A stretch of 64,000 bases of DNA from an uncultured Verrucomicrobiae bacterium (lineage in GTDB: Bacteria > Verrucomicrobiota > Verrucomicrobiia > Chthoniobacterales > Chthoniobacteraceae). Under the pieces are notes generated by a model. The model ran no database searches, was not told where the DNA came from, and saw nothing but the letters and a program-made list of their open reading frames with translations. Where the stretch lies: the NCBI GenBank assembly GCA_963828525.1, contig CAWHEP010000014.1, positions 224,001 through 288,000 on the forward strand, given 5' to 3'. The position numbers were made by a program, and so were the translations under genes. Below, in pieces: positions 54,240 through 64,000 of this stretch (its first letter is position 1; each line of letters starts with the position of its first letter).

Positions 54240-55144
54240 AGAACTTTCTCTCCGTCGAAGCTCTCACCGAGCGGGACATCAATGACGTGATTTCGCTCTC
54301 TGAGGAGTTGAAGAGGAGCAGGGGAGTATCTGCCGATCTGCCCCTGAAAGGACAGGTTTGGGCGATGATCTTCACAAAATCTTCGACTCGCACCCGGGTC
54401 AGCTTTGAGGTCGGTATCAGCGAATTGGGCGGCACCGCCATGTTTCTTTCAAGCGCCGATACACAGCTTGGCAGAGGCGAGCCGGTTAAGGACACCGCCC
54501 GCGTCGTTGGCAGGATGGCGCGCGGAGCGATCATACGGACTTTCGCGCAGAGCGATGTGGAGGAGTTTGCCGACTTCAGCGGGATTCCTACGGTGAATGC
54601 TCTCACCGATGAGGAGCATCCCTGTCAGATTCTGGCCGATCTCTTTACCATCCGGGAAAAATTCGGGACCCTTGAAGGTCGCTCGATTTGTTTCGTCGGA
54701 GATGGCGCGTGCAACGTCTGCCGTTCCTGGATCTGGGCTGCCGCGCGGTTGGGGCTCGAGCTTGAGGATTGCTGCTCCGCTGGTTACCAGCCCGCGCCAG
54801 AGCTCCTTCAAAGGCCGGCGGTTGCGTGACATGCACGGAAGACCTCGCCGCCGCCGCTGCTGGAGCGTCAGTCCTTTATACGGATGTTTGGGTGAGCATG
54901 GGGAAGGAAGAGGAGGCTCCCCTCCGTTCGGAGCGGCTGGCGCGCTTACCAGATAAATGCGGATTTGGTGCAGGTCGCCGCGCCGGATGCTCTCGTAATG
55001 CATTGCCTTCCCGCCTATCGAGGAAAGGAGATCACGGAGGATGTGTTTGAAGCTCATGCCACCACGATCTTCGACCAGGCTGAAAATCGTCTCCATGTGC
55101 AGAAAGCGATTCTTTCGATACTCGCGCGGAGAGCCTCGCTGTAG
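54236..55144 (+). CDS. argF: Ornithine carbamoyltransferase (frameshifted)
   Basis: SSTRTR, HPCQ, YTDVWVSMG, HCLP, QAENR; stop TAG at 55142-55144. Confidence 0.95.
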
Positions 55145-55270
55145 CCGCTCCGCCCAGCCGGCTTCTACCGGAAGTCTCCACTGGGAGAGGCTGGAATTTA
55201 GCGGGAATTAGGGTTGCCTCTCTTCTGGCGCTCCATTTAGATTGCCCGCTCATCTTCTGGAAATCCCCTT

Positions 55271-57368
55271 ATGGTTGTTGCTCTCTCCCTGCTGAATTCT
55301 GGCATCCCGCTTGCGATGTTATTCGCGCTTGCCGGGTTGGCTTTTGCGCTCTTTCTCATCCGTTCCGTCATCGCTTCGTCCCCCGGGAACGAGCGCATGA
55401 GGCAGATCGCCAGCGCCATTGAAGAGGGGGCAAAGGCCTACCTGAACAGGCAGGTCATGAGCATCAGTATCATCGCAGTGGTGATCTTTGCGCTTCTGTT
55501 AAAATTCAAGGATTTTCCCACCAGCGTGGGTTTCGTCATTGGCGCAGTATGTTCCCTGGCGGCCGGTTTTATCGGGATGCGGATCGCCGTCCTCGCCAAC
55601 ACAAGGACAACCCAGGCTGCCTCCGTCTCCAGGCACGAAGCGCTCAAAATCGCTTTCAACGGCGGCGCGGTGACGGGTTTGCTGGTCGTGGGGCTTGCCC
55701 TGCTCGCGGTCGGGCTTTTCTACATGACAACGATGCGCCTGCTTGGCCAGGAGATCGCCGTGAAAAGTCTCGTCGGTCTCGCGCTCGGCTCCAGTCTCAT
55801 CAGTGTATTTGCTCGTTTGGGCGGCGGCATCTATACCAAAGCCGCGGATGTGGGCGCTGATCTTGTGGGTAAGATCGAAAGTAATCTCGACGAGGACGAT
55901 CCGCGCAACCCAGCTACCATCGCGGACAACGTCGGCGATAACGTGGGCGATTGCGCGGGTATGGCCGCTGACGTTTTCGAGACATACGCGGTTAGCCTGG
56001 TAGGAGCGATCCTGGTAGGCTTCCTCACCTTGCGCGCTTTCCCGGCCGCTATCGTCTACCCTTTCGTTCTGGGGGGCATCTCCGTTCTGGGCGCGATCTT
56101 CGGAATTCTTTATGTAAATACCGTCAGCGCGAAACCGGGAGTCGTTCTCATGGGAGCCGTGGTAACCAGCGGTATCGTCTCCGCCATTCTTTATTGGCCT
56201 GCCACGCACATGCTATTCCCCGGGACTGTCGTCATCGCCGGAATCCAACGTACATTCTTATGACCTGTACATGGCTTCCCTCATAGGCCTGTTGATGACG
56301 GGGGTCGTCGTGATCATCACGAATTATTACACCTCCACCAGTTTCTCCCCGGTTCGGACCATTGCCAAGGCTTCGGAAACCGGCCACGCCACGAACATTA
56401 TCGCGGGCCTGGCTATCGGGCAGCATGCGACCGCGTTGCCGGTCGGCTTCATCGGGATCGCGATCCTCCTCAGCTTCCACTACGCCGGGCTCTATGGCAT
56501 AGCTATCGCCGTCACCAGCATGCTCTCCATGGCGGGCATCATTATATCACTGGACGCCTTCGGCCCCATTACGGATAACGCGGGCGGCATTGCCGTCATG
56601 AGCGGGTTGCCAAAAGAAGTGCGAGCCATCACGGACGAGTTGGACGCTGTCGGAAATACGATGAAAGCCGTAACCAAAGGCTACGCCATTGCGTCGGCTG
56701 GACTGGCGGCGCTCGTGCTTTTTGGCTCCTACGTCGAAGAACTCAAATCCTATTTCGCCATCAATTCCAGCAGTCACGCGCCCCCTCTTGAGTTTTCTCT
56801 TACCGAGCCTGAAGTAGTGATCGGCCTGTTCATTGGCGGCTTGCTTCCGTTTATTTTCACCGCCTTCAGCATGGATGCCGTCGGAAACGCGGCGGGAGCC
56901 GTCGTCCGGGAGGTTCGCCGCCAACTGCAACTGAAACCGGGTATCCTCACCGGCGAAGATCAGCCTGACTACGGGACATGCGTTGACATTGTTACGAAAG
57001 CCGCCCTCCGCGAGATGATGGTTCCCGCTTTACTGCCAGTAGTGTTCGTTGTCGGTGTCGCGGCTATTCCCGCGTTGGGGCCGGTTGTTTTGGGAGGAGT
57101 TCTCGTCGGAACCATCGTGACGGGGCTCTTCGTGGCGATTGCCATGACATCCAGCGGCGGCGCATGGGATAACGCCAAAAAGTATATCGAAGAGGGCAAT
57201 CACGGCGGCAAGGGTTCCGCGGCTCACGCTGCGGCTGTCACTGGCGATACGGTTGGTGACCCCTACAAGGACACTGCGGGGCCCGCGATCAATCCGATGA
57301 TCAAGGTGGTGAACATCGTCGCCATCCTCATCATCCCGATTTTCATCCGATTCTGGGTTAAGCACTAA
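55271..57368 (+). CDS. hppA: Membrane H+-translocating pyrophosphatase, K+-independent signature (frameshift near 56255)
   Basis: [42 protein letters not shown]. Confidence 0.95.
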
Positions 57369-57422
57369 CAGGATATTGTTTCACATCCGCTCACACCAAC
57401 GAACCAAACCGCGGTTGCCAAG

Positions 57423-58622
57423 ATGAAAGCGCTTTTCCTGACTAACGAATTTCCCCCAAACATCTACGGGGGCGCTGGCGTCCATGTGGATTACCTGAGC
57501 AGGGAACTCGCGAAACTGATGGAGGTGGAGGTCCGCTGCTTTGGCGATCAGCGCAAGGCAGATGGCCCGCTCACTGTCCAGGGGTTCCAGTTGGACGCGG
57601 AGCAGTTCACCTGCCCGAAGCAACTTCGTTCCGCTTTCGGAGCCATTCGCCGATGCATCGACTTCAATACCACGAATATCGATGCGGATGTGGTCCATTG
57701 CCATACCTGGTACAGCCATTTCGGCGGCATTCTTGCGAAGCTGAACTACGGCATCCCGTTGGTTTTGACGGTGCATTCCCTTGAACCTCTTCGCCCTTGG
57801 AAGCGGGAGCAATTGGGTGGAGGGTACGACTTTACCTGCTGGCTGGAGAAGACCGCCCTTGAGATGGCCGATGCCGTGATCGCCGTTTCACAGGAGACCA
57901 AGTCTGACGTTCTTCGCCTCTTCAACGTGAAGGAGGATAAGGTCAAGATCATCTACAACGGCATCGATCTTGAAGAATACTCCCGCACCGAGTCCACCGA
58001 GGCCCTCGTCAAGTTCGGGGTGGATACCAATGTCCCGTATGTCCTGTTCGTAGGAAGAATCGCGCGCCAGAAGGGCATCATCCATCTGGTCAACGCCATC
58101 AAGTACATGCACCCCAGCTTCCAGGTTGTTCTATGTGCTGGCGCGCCTGATACCCCCGGGATCGCCCGCGAGATGACGGAGGCGGTGGCCGAACTGAAGC
58201 GTCACAGGTCAAACGTCATCTGGATTGAAGAGATGGTGGATAAGAAAACCGTTTACCAGCTCTACTCAAATGCGGCGGTATTTTGCTGCCCGTCCATCTA
58301 TGAGCCTTTTGGCATCATAAATCTGGAGGCGATGGCCTGCGAGACCGCCGTCGTTGCCAGCGCGGTAGGCGGGATAAAGGAAGTCGTTGTTCACGGTGAG
58401 ACGGGTTATCTCGTCCCGCTTGATCAAATGCGCGAAAGCCCTTTCGAACCTGTCGATCCCGATAAGTTCGCGCGCGATCTTGCGGCGCGTGTCAACGAAT
58501 TGATGAGTGATGCCGAACTGGCCGCGAAGTTCGGTCGCGCGGGTCGTCGGCGCGCGGTGGAGAAGTTCAGTTGGACAGCGATCGCGAAGCAAACTCATGA
58601 CCTTTACGCCAGCCTTCTTTGA
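57423..58622 (+). CDS. glgA: GT4 glycogen synthase of the actinobacterial GlgA/GlgM type
   Basis: EFPPNIYGGAGVHV, HSLEPLRPWKREQLGGGY, YEPFGIINLEAMAC. Confidence 0.9.
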   Translation: MKALFLTNEFPPNIYGGAGVHVDYLSRELAKLMEVEVRCFGDQRKADGPLTVQGFQLDAEQFTCPKQLRSAFGAIRRCIDFNTTNIDADVVHCHTWYSHFGGILAKLNYGIPLVLTVHSLEPLRPWKREQLGGGYDFTCWLEKTALEMADAVIAVSQETKSDVLRLFNVKEDKVKIIYNGIDLEEYSRTESTEALVKFGVDTNVPYVLFVGRIARQKGIIHLVNAIKYMHPSFQVVLCAGAPDTPGIAREMTEAVAELKRHRSNVIWIEEMVDKKTVYQLYSNAAVFCCPSIYEPFGIINLEAMACETAVVASAVGGIKEVVVHGETGYLVPLDQMRESPFEPVDPDKFARDLAARVNELMSDAELAAKFGRAGRRRAVEKFSWTAIAKQTHDLYASLL

Positions 58623-58731
58623 ACGTCGGAGCTGGCCCCAGTGGTACCGGAAACCGCAGCCGGTGGACAAATGATCCCTTTCCATGTAAGGAAGCCAGAC
58701 GCGGCGCTCTGAAGGCGTTCTGTCCCGGGAT

Positions 58732-58953
58732 ATGCTCTACTTTCTAGCCATTCTTTGTCCGCCTCTGGCGGTTCTGCTTTCTGGAAAGCCTCTCCAGGCG
58801 CTGCTAAATCTTGCGCTGACAGTCTGCCTCTGGGTTCCCGGCGTGATCCACGCGCTATTCGTTGTGAACAGCCACCTCGCGGATCGTCGCGCTGACCGTG
58901 TCATCCGCCAGATGAAGCAGCACCAGATGAACTCCGTTCTCCGGAAGTTGTGA
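58732..58953 (+). CDS. YqaE/Pmp3 family small membrane protein
   Basis: LAILCPPLAV...NLALT...WVPGVIHA. Confidence 0.88.
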   Translation: MLYFLAILCPPLAVLLSGKPLQALLNLALTVCLWVPGVIHALFVVNSHLADRRADRVIRQMKQHQMNSVLRKL

Positions 58954-58954
58954 T

Positions 58955-59419
58955 TCAGTTGCCACGAGCAATCCGCCGCAACTCCAGGTAGCGATCTCTC
59001 ATCGCCCGTACTCTCGCCGCTAATCTCCACGTCTGGTATTGCCCCGCCGGTTCCGTCGTCGGTGCCGCGGAGGGCAGGGTTAAAGGCAAAGAGGCCGCTT
59101 CCACGTGACTGGTTTGCAGAGTTCCCGTCCGTAACTGATCGGGCTGCGCGTTTTCGCTGCCAGATTTTTGGGCGGAGTTCCCTGCCTTCTCGGTCGCCGG
59201 TTTTTCCAGAGCGGACGCCACGTCGTCCAAACCCGCGTCGCGCAACTGCGTCTTGTAATCTTTGAGCAGTGCCTCCGCCATGCTGAGTAGCTGCCGAAGT
59301 TCAGTGTCAGAACCCTCCGCGTCTGCTCCTCGAGCAGACGTATCTTCAGCCCGGGAGGCTTGGAATCCGAGGGTGAGGGATGCCCCAAGGCAAAGAAGGA
59401 AGCGGGATGATATTCTCAT
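58955..59419 (-). CDS. Secreted hypothetical protein
   Basis: Signal peptide MRISSRFLLCLGASLTLG; helical body. Confidence 0.55.
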   Translation of the reverse strand: MRISSRFLLCLGASLTLGFQASRAEDTSARGADAEGSDTELRQLLSMAEALLKDYKTQLRDAGLDDVASALEKPATEKAGNSAQKSGSENAQPDQLRTGTLQTSHVEAASLPLTLPSAAPTTEPAGQYQTWRLAARVRAMRDRYLELRRIARGN

Positions 59420-59497
59420 GTGTAAAAGTGGGTGCAGAGACAATGACTCCTCTCCCAACCCTCGGTTTCAAGAAAACCCCTGGGACGGGCTATCTAT

Positions 59498-60214
59498 TTA
59501 GATCGTCTCCGACCGGGATGGCAGAAGCAACCGCACAGTCGTTTTGCCCGGCCTGCTCGTGAGGCGTATCACCCCGCCCATCTGTTGCACCAGTCCGAGG
59601 GCCACCGTCAGACCCAACCCCGCTGCGTTCTGCTTTTGCTTTGTAGTGTAAAAAGGATGAAAAATCCGTTCCAGATTGTGTTGCGGGATACCCGTGCCCT
59701 GATCCGTTACAGTTATGGAAATCCAGTGGATCGGCTGTGCCGCGCTGCTGATGCCAGCAGTGTGCGGCGACTCGGCTGCGGCCTCTATCGTGATCCGGCT
59801 GTGGGCAGGGCTGGCCTCCCACGCGTTCCGCGCGATCTCCAGCAGCGCCATCTTGAGCCTGGAAGAGTCAGCCCAGATATCTTCCACATCCTCTGCGCAT
59901 GTCACCTCTAGAGTCGTCTCAAGTTTGAGATGCGGTTCGATGGCGGGCCGCAGCGAGCGTAGAAAGTCCCCGACGTTGATTTCCCGCCAGACGAGCGAAG
60001 TGGGCCGCGCGAGCGAATTCATGCGATCGATCAACTCAGACGCCGCGCTCGCGCTTTCCTTGATGCGATTCAGTCCGCTCAAGGTGGAAGGATCGAGTTT
60101 CTTGTCATCCAGCAGGAGACCTAAATATCCATGAAACAGGCTCAGGATATTGTTCATCTTATGCGCCAGTCCCCGCACCAACTGGTCTTGAAATTCCGAA
60201 TGTTCGATTTGCAT
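59498..60214 (-). CDS. Sensor-less histidine kinase-like protein (HisKA + HATPase_c only)
   Basis: LAHKMNN, RNA, DQGTGI, IFHPFYTTK, GLGL. Confidence 0.8.
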   Translation of the reverse strand: MQIEHSEFQDQLVRGLAHKMNNILSLFHGYLGLLLDDKKLDPSTLSGLNRIKESASAASELIDRMNSLARPTSLVWREINVGDFLRSLRPAIEPHLKLETTLEVTCAEDVEDIWADSSRLKMALLEIARNAWEASPAHSRITIEAAAESPHTAGISSAAQPIHWISITVTDQGTGIPQHNLERIFHPFYTTKQKQNAAGLGLTVALGLVQQMGGVIRLTSRPGKTTVRLLLPSRSETI

Positions 60215-60287
60215 TCTTGCCTATCTTTACACAAGCAGGATTCGTCCTCGCTTCGCCTGCCGCAGTGCGAAACGTGGAGTTAAATGG

Positions 60288-61274
60288 CTACTCCCAACCG
60301 CAGAGCGAAGCTTCTCCAGACGAGACGCGCGTCAGCTTTCCTTCCGCGCCTCGGAGGAGGAGCGCTCCTTCCTCGTCCAGGTCTTCTACCCAGCCCCGCT
60401 GCGCCGTCTGGCCGCTGCGAATCTCCACGGCTCTGCCCGTTAAAAAGCTCCGCTTCCGGGCAACGGCGACCAAGGCCGAAAAATCGTCCACGCAATTTCC
60501 ATAGCGTCGATCCAGGCTTCGCAGGATTGCCACGGCGGTCTGCTGGCGATCCATGCGATTTCCTGTCACCATCCTCACCGAGCCCGCTTTTCCTCTTAAC
60601 TCTTCCGCGAAGTCTTCCGATTCATGATTAACGTTTACCCCGATCCCCACCACGGCGTAGGCGTTTCCAGCAGCATCCACATGAGTCTCGATGAGGATCC
60701 CCGCGATCTTGAGTCCGCGCGCAAAGATGTCGTTTGGCCACTTGATCGAGACTTCGATGGGCGAGATCGCTTCGATTCCCTCCGCTACCCCCACTGCAGC
60801 CCACGTCGTTAGTCGCGGCCATAGCGCTACCGGCATGGCGGGTCGCGCGAGCAGCGAGAACCAGAGGCCGAGCGCTTGCCCCGATTCCCACCGGCGCCCA
60901 AGGCGTCCGCGTCCGGCCGTCTGCTTCTCCGCGAAGATTACCGCGCCTTCTTTGGCTCCTTCCCTGCCTAGCCGCGCGGCGATATCGTTCGTTGAATCTG
61001 TCTCCTGGAAGACAAGGAGTTCGCGAGGGAGCGAGACTTCACCCAGTTGAGCGGCTATGTCGTCCGCGATCAGGCGGTCGGGAGCCATGATGAACTTCAG
61101 TCCGGCGTGGGGCCGTTCTTCTATCTCATACCCAGCGCCCCGCAGCGACCTGACGCTGGCATCCACAGCCGCAAGCGCTACTTGTGCTTCTGTCGCAAGA
61201 TCGAGTCTGGAGAGATGATCATGCCGCCCTCTCAGAACCTTCAGTATGCGAGCATCGTCCGAAAGGCTCAGCAT
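60288..61274 (-). CDS. birA: Biotin-protein ligase with N-terminal HTH
   Basis: DSTND, QTAGRGRLGRRW, KWPND, KIAGIL, GIGVNVN. Confidence 0.95.
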   Translation of the reverse strand: MLSLSDDARILKVLRGRHDHLSRLDLATEAQVALAAVDASVRSLRGAGYEIEERPHAGLKFIMAPDRLIADDIAAQLGEVSLPRELLVFQETDSTNDIAARLGREGAKEGAVIFAEKQTAGRGRLGRRWESGQALGLWFSLLARPAMPVALWPRLTTWAAVGVAEGIEAISPIEVSIKWPNDIFARGLKIAGILIETHVDAAGNAYAVVGIGVNVNHESEDFAEELRGKAGSVRMVTGNRMDRQQTAVAILRSLDRRYGNCVDDFSALVAVARKRSFLTGRAVEIRSGQTAQRGWVEDLDEEGALLLRGAEGKLTRVSSGEASLCGWE

Positions 61275-62105
61275 TCAGTCACTTCCAAAGAGAAGTCGAT
61301 GGAAGGAGCGGAGTGCGTCAGCGCTCCTGCCGATATAAAGTCAACCCCGGATGCCGCCACCTCCGCCACTGTTTCAAGGGTGACGCCTCCGCTTGCTTCG
61401 AACAGCATCTTCCCATTTCCCATCTGCACAGCCTCCGCCATCTGCCCGGGCGTCATGTTATCCAGCAGGATGATGTTCGGCGCCTTCCAAAAGGAGGAAG
61501 CTGGCTACTTGCTCCAGGCGATCCGCCTCTATTTCGATGCGCATTCCGGGATGATCCCGTTGGACCCGGTAAATTGCTTCCTGTAGGGAACCCGGGTTGC
61601 TTTGCGCGGCGAGGTGGTTGTCCTTGATCAATATCATGTCGTAGAGGCCCAATCGGTGATTCTGGCCACCCCCCGCTTTTACCGCCGCCTTTTCCAGGTG
61701 ACGCATTCCAGGGGTCGTTTTCCGCGTGTCCAATATCTTCGCGTTTGTCCCGCTCACAGCCGCCACAAAGCGCGAAGTCAGCGTGGCTACGCCCGAGAGG
61801 TGCTGCAGGAAGTTGAGGGCAACACGTTCGGCGCTCAAGAGAGAACGCGCCTTCCCTGTGGCTCTGAGAACCAGATCGCCCTTCGCGACGCGATCTCCAG
61901 ATTTCAGCAACACCGACACCTCGGTGTTTTCGTCCACCCGGACGAACGTCTCGACAGCCTGTTCCACCCCGGCAAGCACCGCGTCCTCCCGCGCGATCAA
62001 CGACGCGGTCGCCATCCGCCCCGGTGGAATGAAATACTCCGCCGTCACGTCGCCAGAACCGACGTCCTCCGCGAGGGCAATCCCTACAAGGTCATGGTTC
62101 GCCAT
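61268..62105 (-). CDS. nadC: Nicotinate-nucleotide diphosphorylase (frameshift near 61480)
   Basis: EDVGSGDVT, DTRKTTPG, HRLGL, IKDNH, EASGG. Confidence 0.95.
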
Positions 62106-62141
62106 CGCCCGGTCTCGCGGAATGTCGACAGGGCCCGCGTT

Positions 62142-62597
62142 CTAGGCGGATTGAGGAGGCAATTCGACGATCTGAAACCAGTATTTCTCCAATGTTTGCA
62201 GAATGTCCACCAAGGCTGCAAACGTCACAGGCTTCACAATGTAGGAGTTGACCCCCAGATCATAGCTCGAGTAGACATCCTCGTCAGCCTTGGATGTTGT
62301 CAGGATGACCACGGGAATCTGACGAAGATCAGGGGATTTCTTTATTTCCGACAGGGCGGCTTTCCCATCCACCCGGGGCATGTTTAGATCCAGGAGGATC
62401 AACCCTGGGCGGGGCGATTTCTCTGGATCAGAATACGTGCCTTCCCGGCGCAAGTAACGCAGCAGTTCCTCGCCGTTCTCCACGAAACGCAGATCGTTCG
62501 CAAGGCGGCTCTCTTGGAGCGCCTCCTGCGTCAACCGGCGGTCGTCCGCGTCATCATCAGCCATTAGGATCGTGATAGGACTTCCTTTGTTAATCAT
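62142..62597 (-). CDS. Single-domain response regulator (Rcp1-like)
   Basis: ADDDADD, LLDLNMP, ILTTS, YIVKP, KYWF. Confidence 0.92.
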   Translation of the reverse strand: MINKGSPITILMADDDADDRRLTQEALQESRLANDLRFVENGEELLRYLRREGTYSDPEKSPRPGLILLDLNMPRVDGKAALSEIKKSPDLRQIPVVILTTSKADEDVYSSYDLGVNSYIVKPVTFAALVDILQTLEKYWFQIVELPPQSA

Positions 62598-64000
62598 TCG
62601 CTTCGGGATCTGTGTGTTCGACTGGGAGGGTGATGATGAAGGTTGCCCCCTCACCATCAGCGCTTTTTGCCATAATGTTGCCGCCATGGCGATCAGTAAT
62701 TTTGCGGCACACCGACAAGCCTATGCCTGTCCCCTCGTATTCGTCACGCGAATGGAGTCGCTGGAACAGGGTGAAGATACTCTCCGCGAATTGCCGGTCA
62801 AAGCCAATTCCGTTGTCTTGAACCATGATCTGACAGATTTTGTCGCCCGGTACTAAGCCGGGAGAAGTGTTCTCCTGGACTGACAGTATCTTCGCGGAAA
62901 TGCTTACCTCCGGCTTCTCCCCGGGTCTCTGGAATTTAAGCGCGTTGCTTATGAGGTTCTGAAACAACTGCCGCATCTGGGACGGATCGGCGTCGATCGT
63001 GGGCAGGAACCCGATCTCCACACGCGCTTGGGCGCTTTCAATCCGCACCTCCAGGTCCGACACGACCTCTCTCGCGACCTTTCCCAGGTCCACAGGCAGG
63101 AACGGTTGCGCCTTGCTCGTAATTCGTGAGAGCGTCAGCAGGTCGCCAATGAGGGTGCGCATCCGCGCCGCGGCGTTCTGCATCCGCTCCAGGTAATCTC
63201 GGCCCTGCTCCCCGAGCGCGTCCGAGCACTTGAGTTGAAGCCTGTCGCCGAATGCCTGGATCTTCCGCAACGGTTCCTGCAAATCATGCGACGCGATCGA
63301 AGCGAATTGCTGCAACTCCCCATTGCTGCGCTCCAGCTTCGCGGCAAACAGCCGCAACTGCTCTTCCGTTTCCTTCTGCTCGGTGATGTCCGTGCTGATG
63401 CAGACCAGCCACGATGTTGTGTCTCTCGTGTCGTGCAGAGCCACCTTGGATGTCGATCTCCACATGAATCGGCCACTCTTGCTAAAGATTGGCTCCTGCC
63501 GGTTCAGGATTGGCTTCCCGGTTTGAAGCACAAGCTCATCGTCCGCCTGGAATACCCTCGCCGCCTCTGGGGGAAAGAAATCGAATACGGTCTTTCCCTC
63601 CACGTCCTCTTTCCTTTCCACCTCCAGGAACGCCCGGTGCGCCAGGTTCGTTAACACGTAGCGCCCGGATTCATCCTTCACGAACACGATGTTCGGCATG
63701 GCGTCCACAAGGCTGCTCAGCAGATTCCTCTCCCGCTCCAAGGTATTCTCTATCTTCTTCCGGGCATCGATGTCCCTTAGGATGAAAAGGGCGGACAGGA
63801 TCACGATCCCCAGCGTTACAGCGAGAGCCGCGGCCACCACGATCATGGCAGTGCGGCAGGCCGCGTTGATGTTGTCCGTTTCCACGCGCAATGCGTCGCG
63901 CTCCGCGTTCTGTAGATCAGACAGCGCCCTGCCCACCTCCACCTGCAGTGGCCCGCCCAAAAAGGCAAGGCCCCATGTCCCGTCAGCGCTATGCGGCGCG
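62590..64000 (-). CDS. PAS-domain sensor histidine kinase (5' end outside the window)
   Basis: TM, PAS, ASHDLQEPLRKI, NLISNALKF, DNGIG, GTGIGL. Confidence 0.92.
   Translation of the reverse strand, partial: APHSADGTWGLAFLGGPLQVEVGRALSDLQNAERDALRVETDNINAACRTAMIVVAAALAVTLGIVILSALFILRDIDARKKIENTLERERNLLSSLVDAMPNIVFVKDESGRYVLTNLAHRAFLEVERKEDVEGKTVFDFFPPEAARVFQADDELVLQTGKPILNRQEPIFSKSGRFMWRSTSKVALHDTRDTTSWLVCISTDITEQKETEEQLRLFAAKLERSNGELQQFASIASHDLQEPLRKIQAFGDRLQLKCSDALGEQGRDYLERMQNAAARMRTLIGDLLTLSRITSKAQPFLPVDLGKVAREVVSDLEVRIESAQARVEIGFLPTIDADPSQMRQLFQNLISNALKFQRPGEKPEVSISAKILSVQENTSPGLVPGDKICQIMVQDNGIGFDRQFAESIFTLFQRLHSRDEYEGTGIGLSVCRKITDRHGGNIMAKSADGEGATFIITLPVEHTDPEAND

Noticed and set aside
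44736..62105. Split rimO, argJ, argB, argD, argF, hppA and nadC as pseudogenes or programmed frameshifts
   Set aside because: Small indels are scattered over many unrelated, otherwise well-conserved genes with intact catalytic motifs, which is best explained by long-read consensus error.

Overview
Bacterial chromosomal window, most likely Verrucomicrobiota (Chthoniobacterales/Spartobacteria-like). This is inferred from the PEP-CTERM proteins, the pseudopilin cassette, the Y/G-rich peptidoglycan-binding protein and the TMTC-like TPR paralogs. Many genes, including housekeeping ones (rimO, argJ, argB, argD, argF, hppA, nadC), are split by small indels, which points to an unpolished long-read assembly rather than real pseudogenes. 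Left part (1-19.4 kb): a desaturase plus PEP-CTERM pair, tRNA-Glu with an rtT-like downstream repeat, two divergent VapBC-type toxin-antitoxin modules, secreted and membrane proteins, a three-pseudopilin cassette, a cobalamin riboswitch-btuB-DUF6580 unit bracketed by GTAG-REP elements, and a GT-C glycosyltransferase. Middle (19.6-44.6 kb): a cell-surface locus with two PstS/DING-fold secreted paralogs bracketing two PEP-CTERM paralogs (with Pho-box-like repeats upstream), a PIN TA pair, three TMTC-like membrane glycosyltransferase-TPR genes carrying in-frame palindromic insertions, a Sel1 protein and a ~3,800-aa TpsA/filamentous-haemagglutinin protein with a DUF3739-type C-terminus. No TpsB lies in the window. 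Right part: ftsK-rodZ-rimO, argCJBDF, hppA, glgA, birA, nadC and two-component genes. The best candidate for an undescribed system is the middle locus, which I interpret as a phosphate-responsive, glycosylated surface scavenging or adhesion machine. That interpretation is inference and untested.
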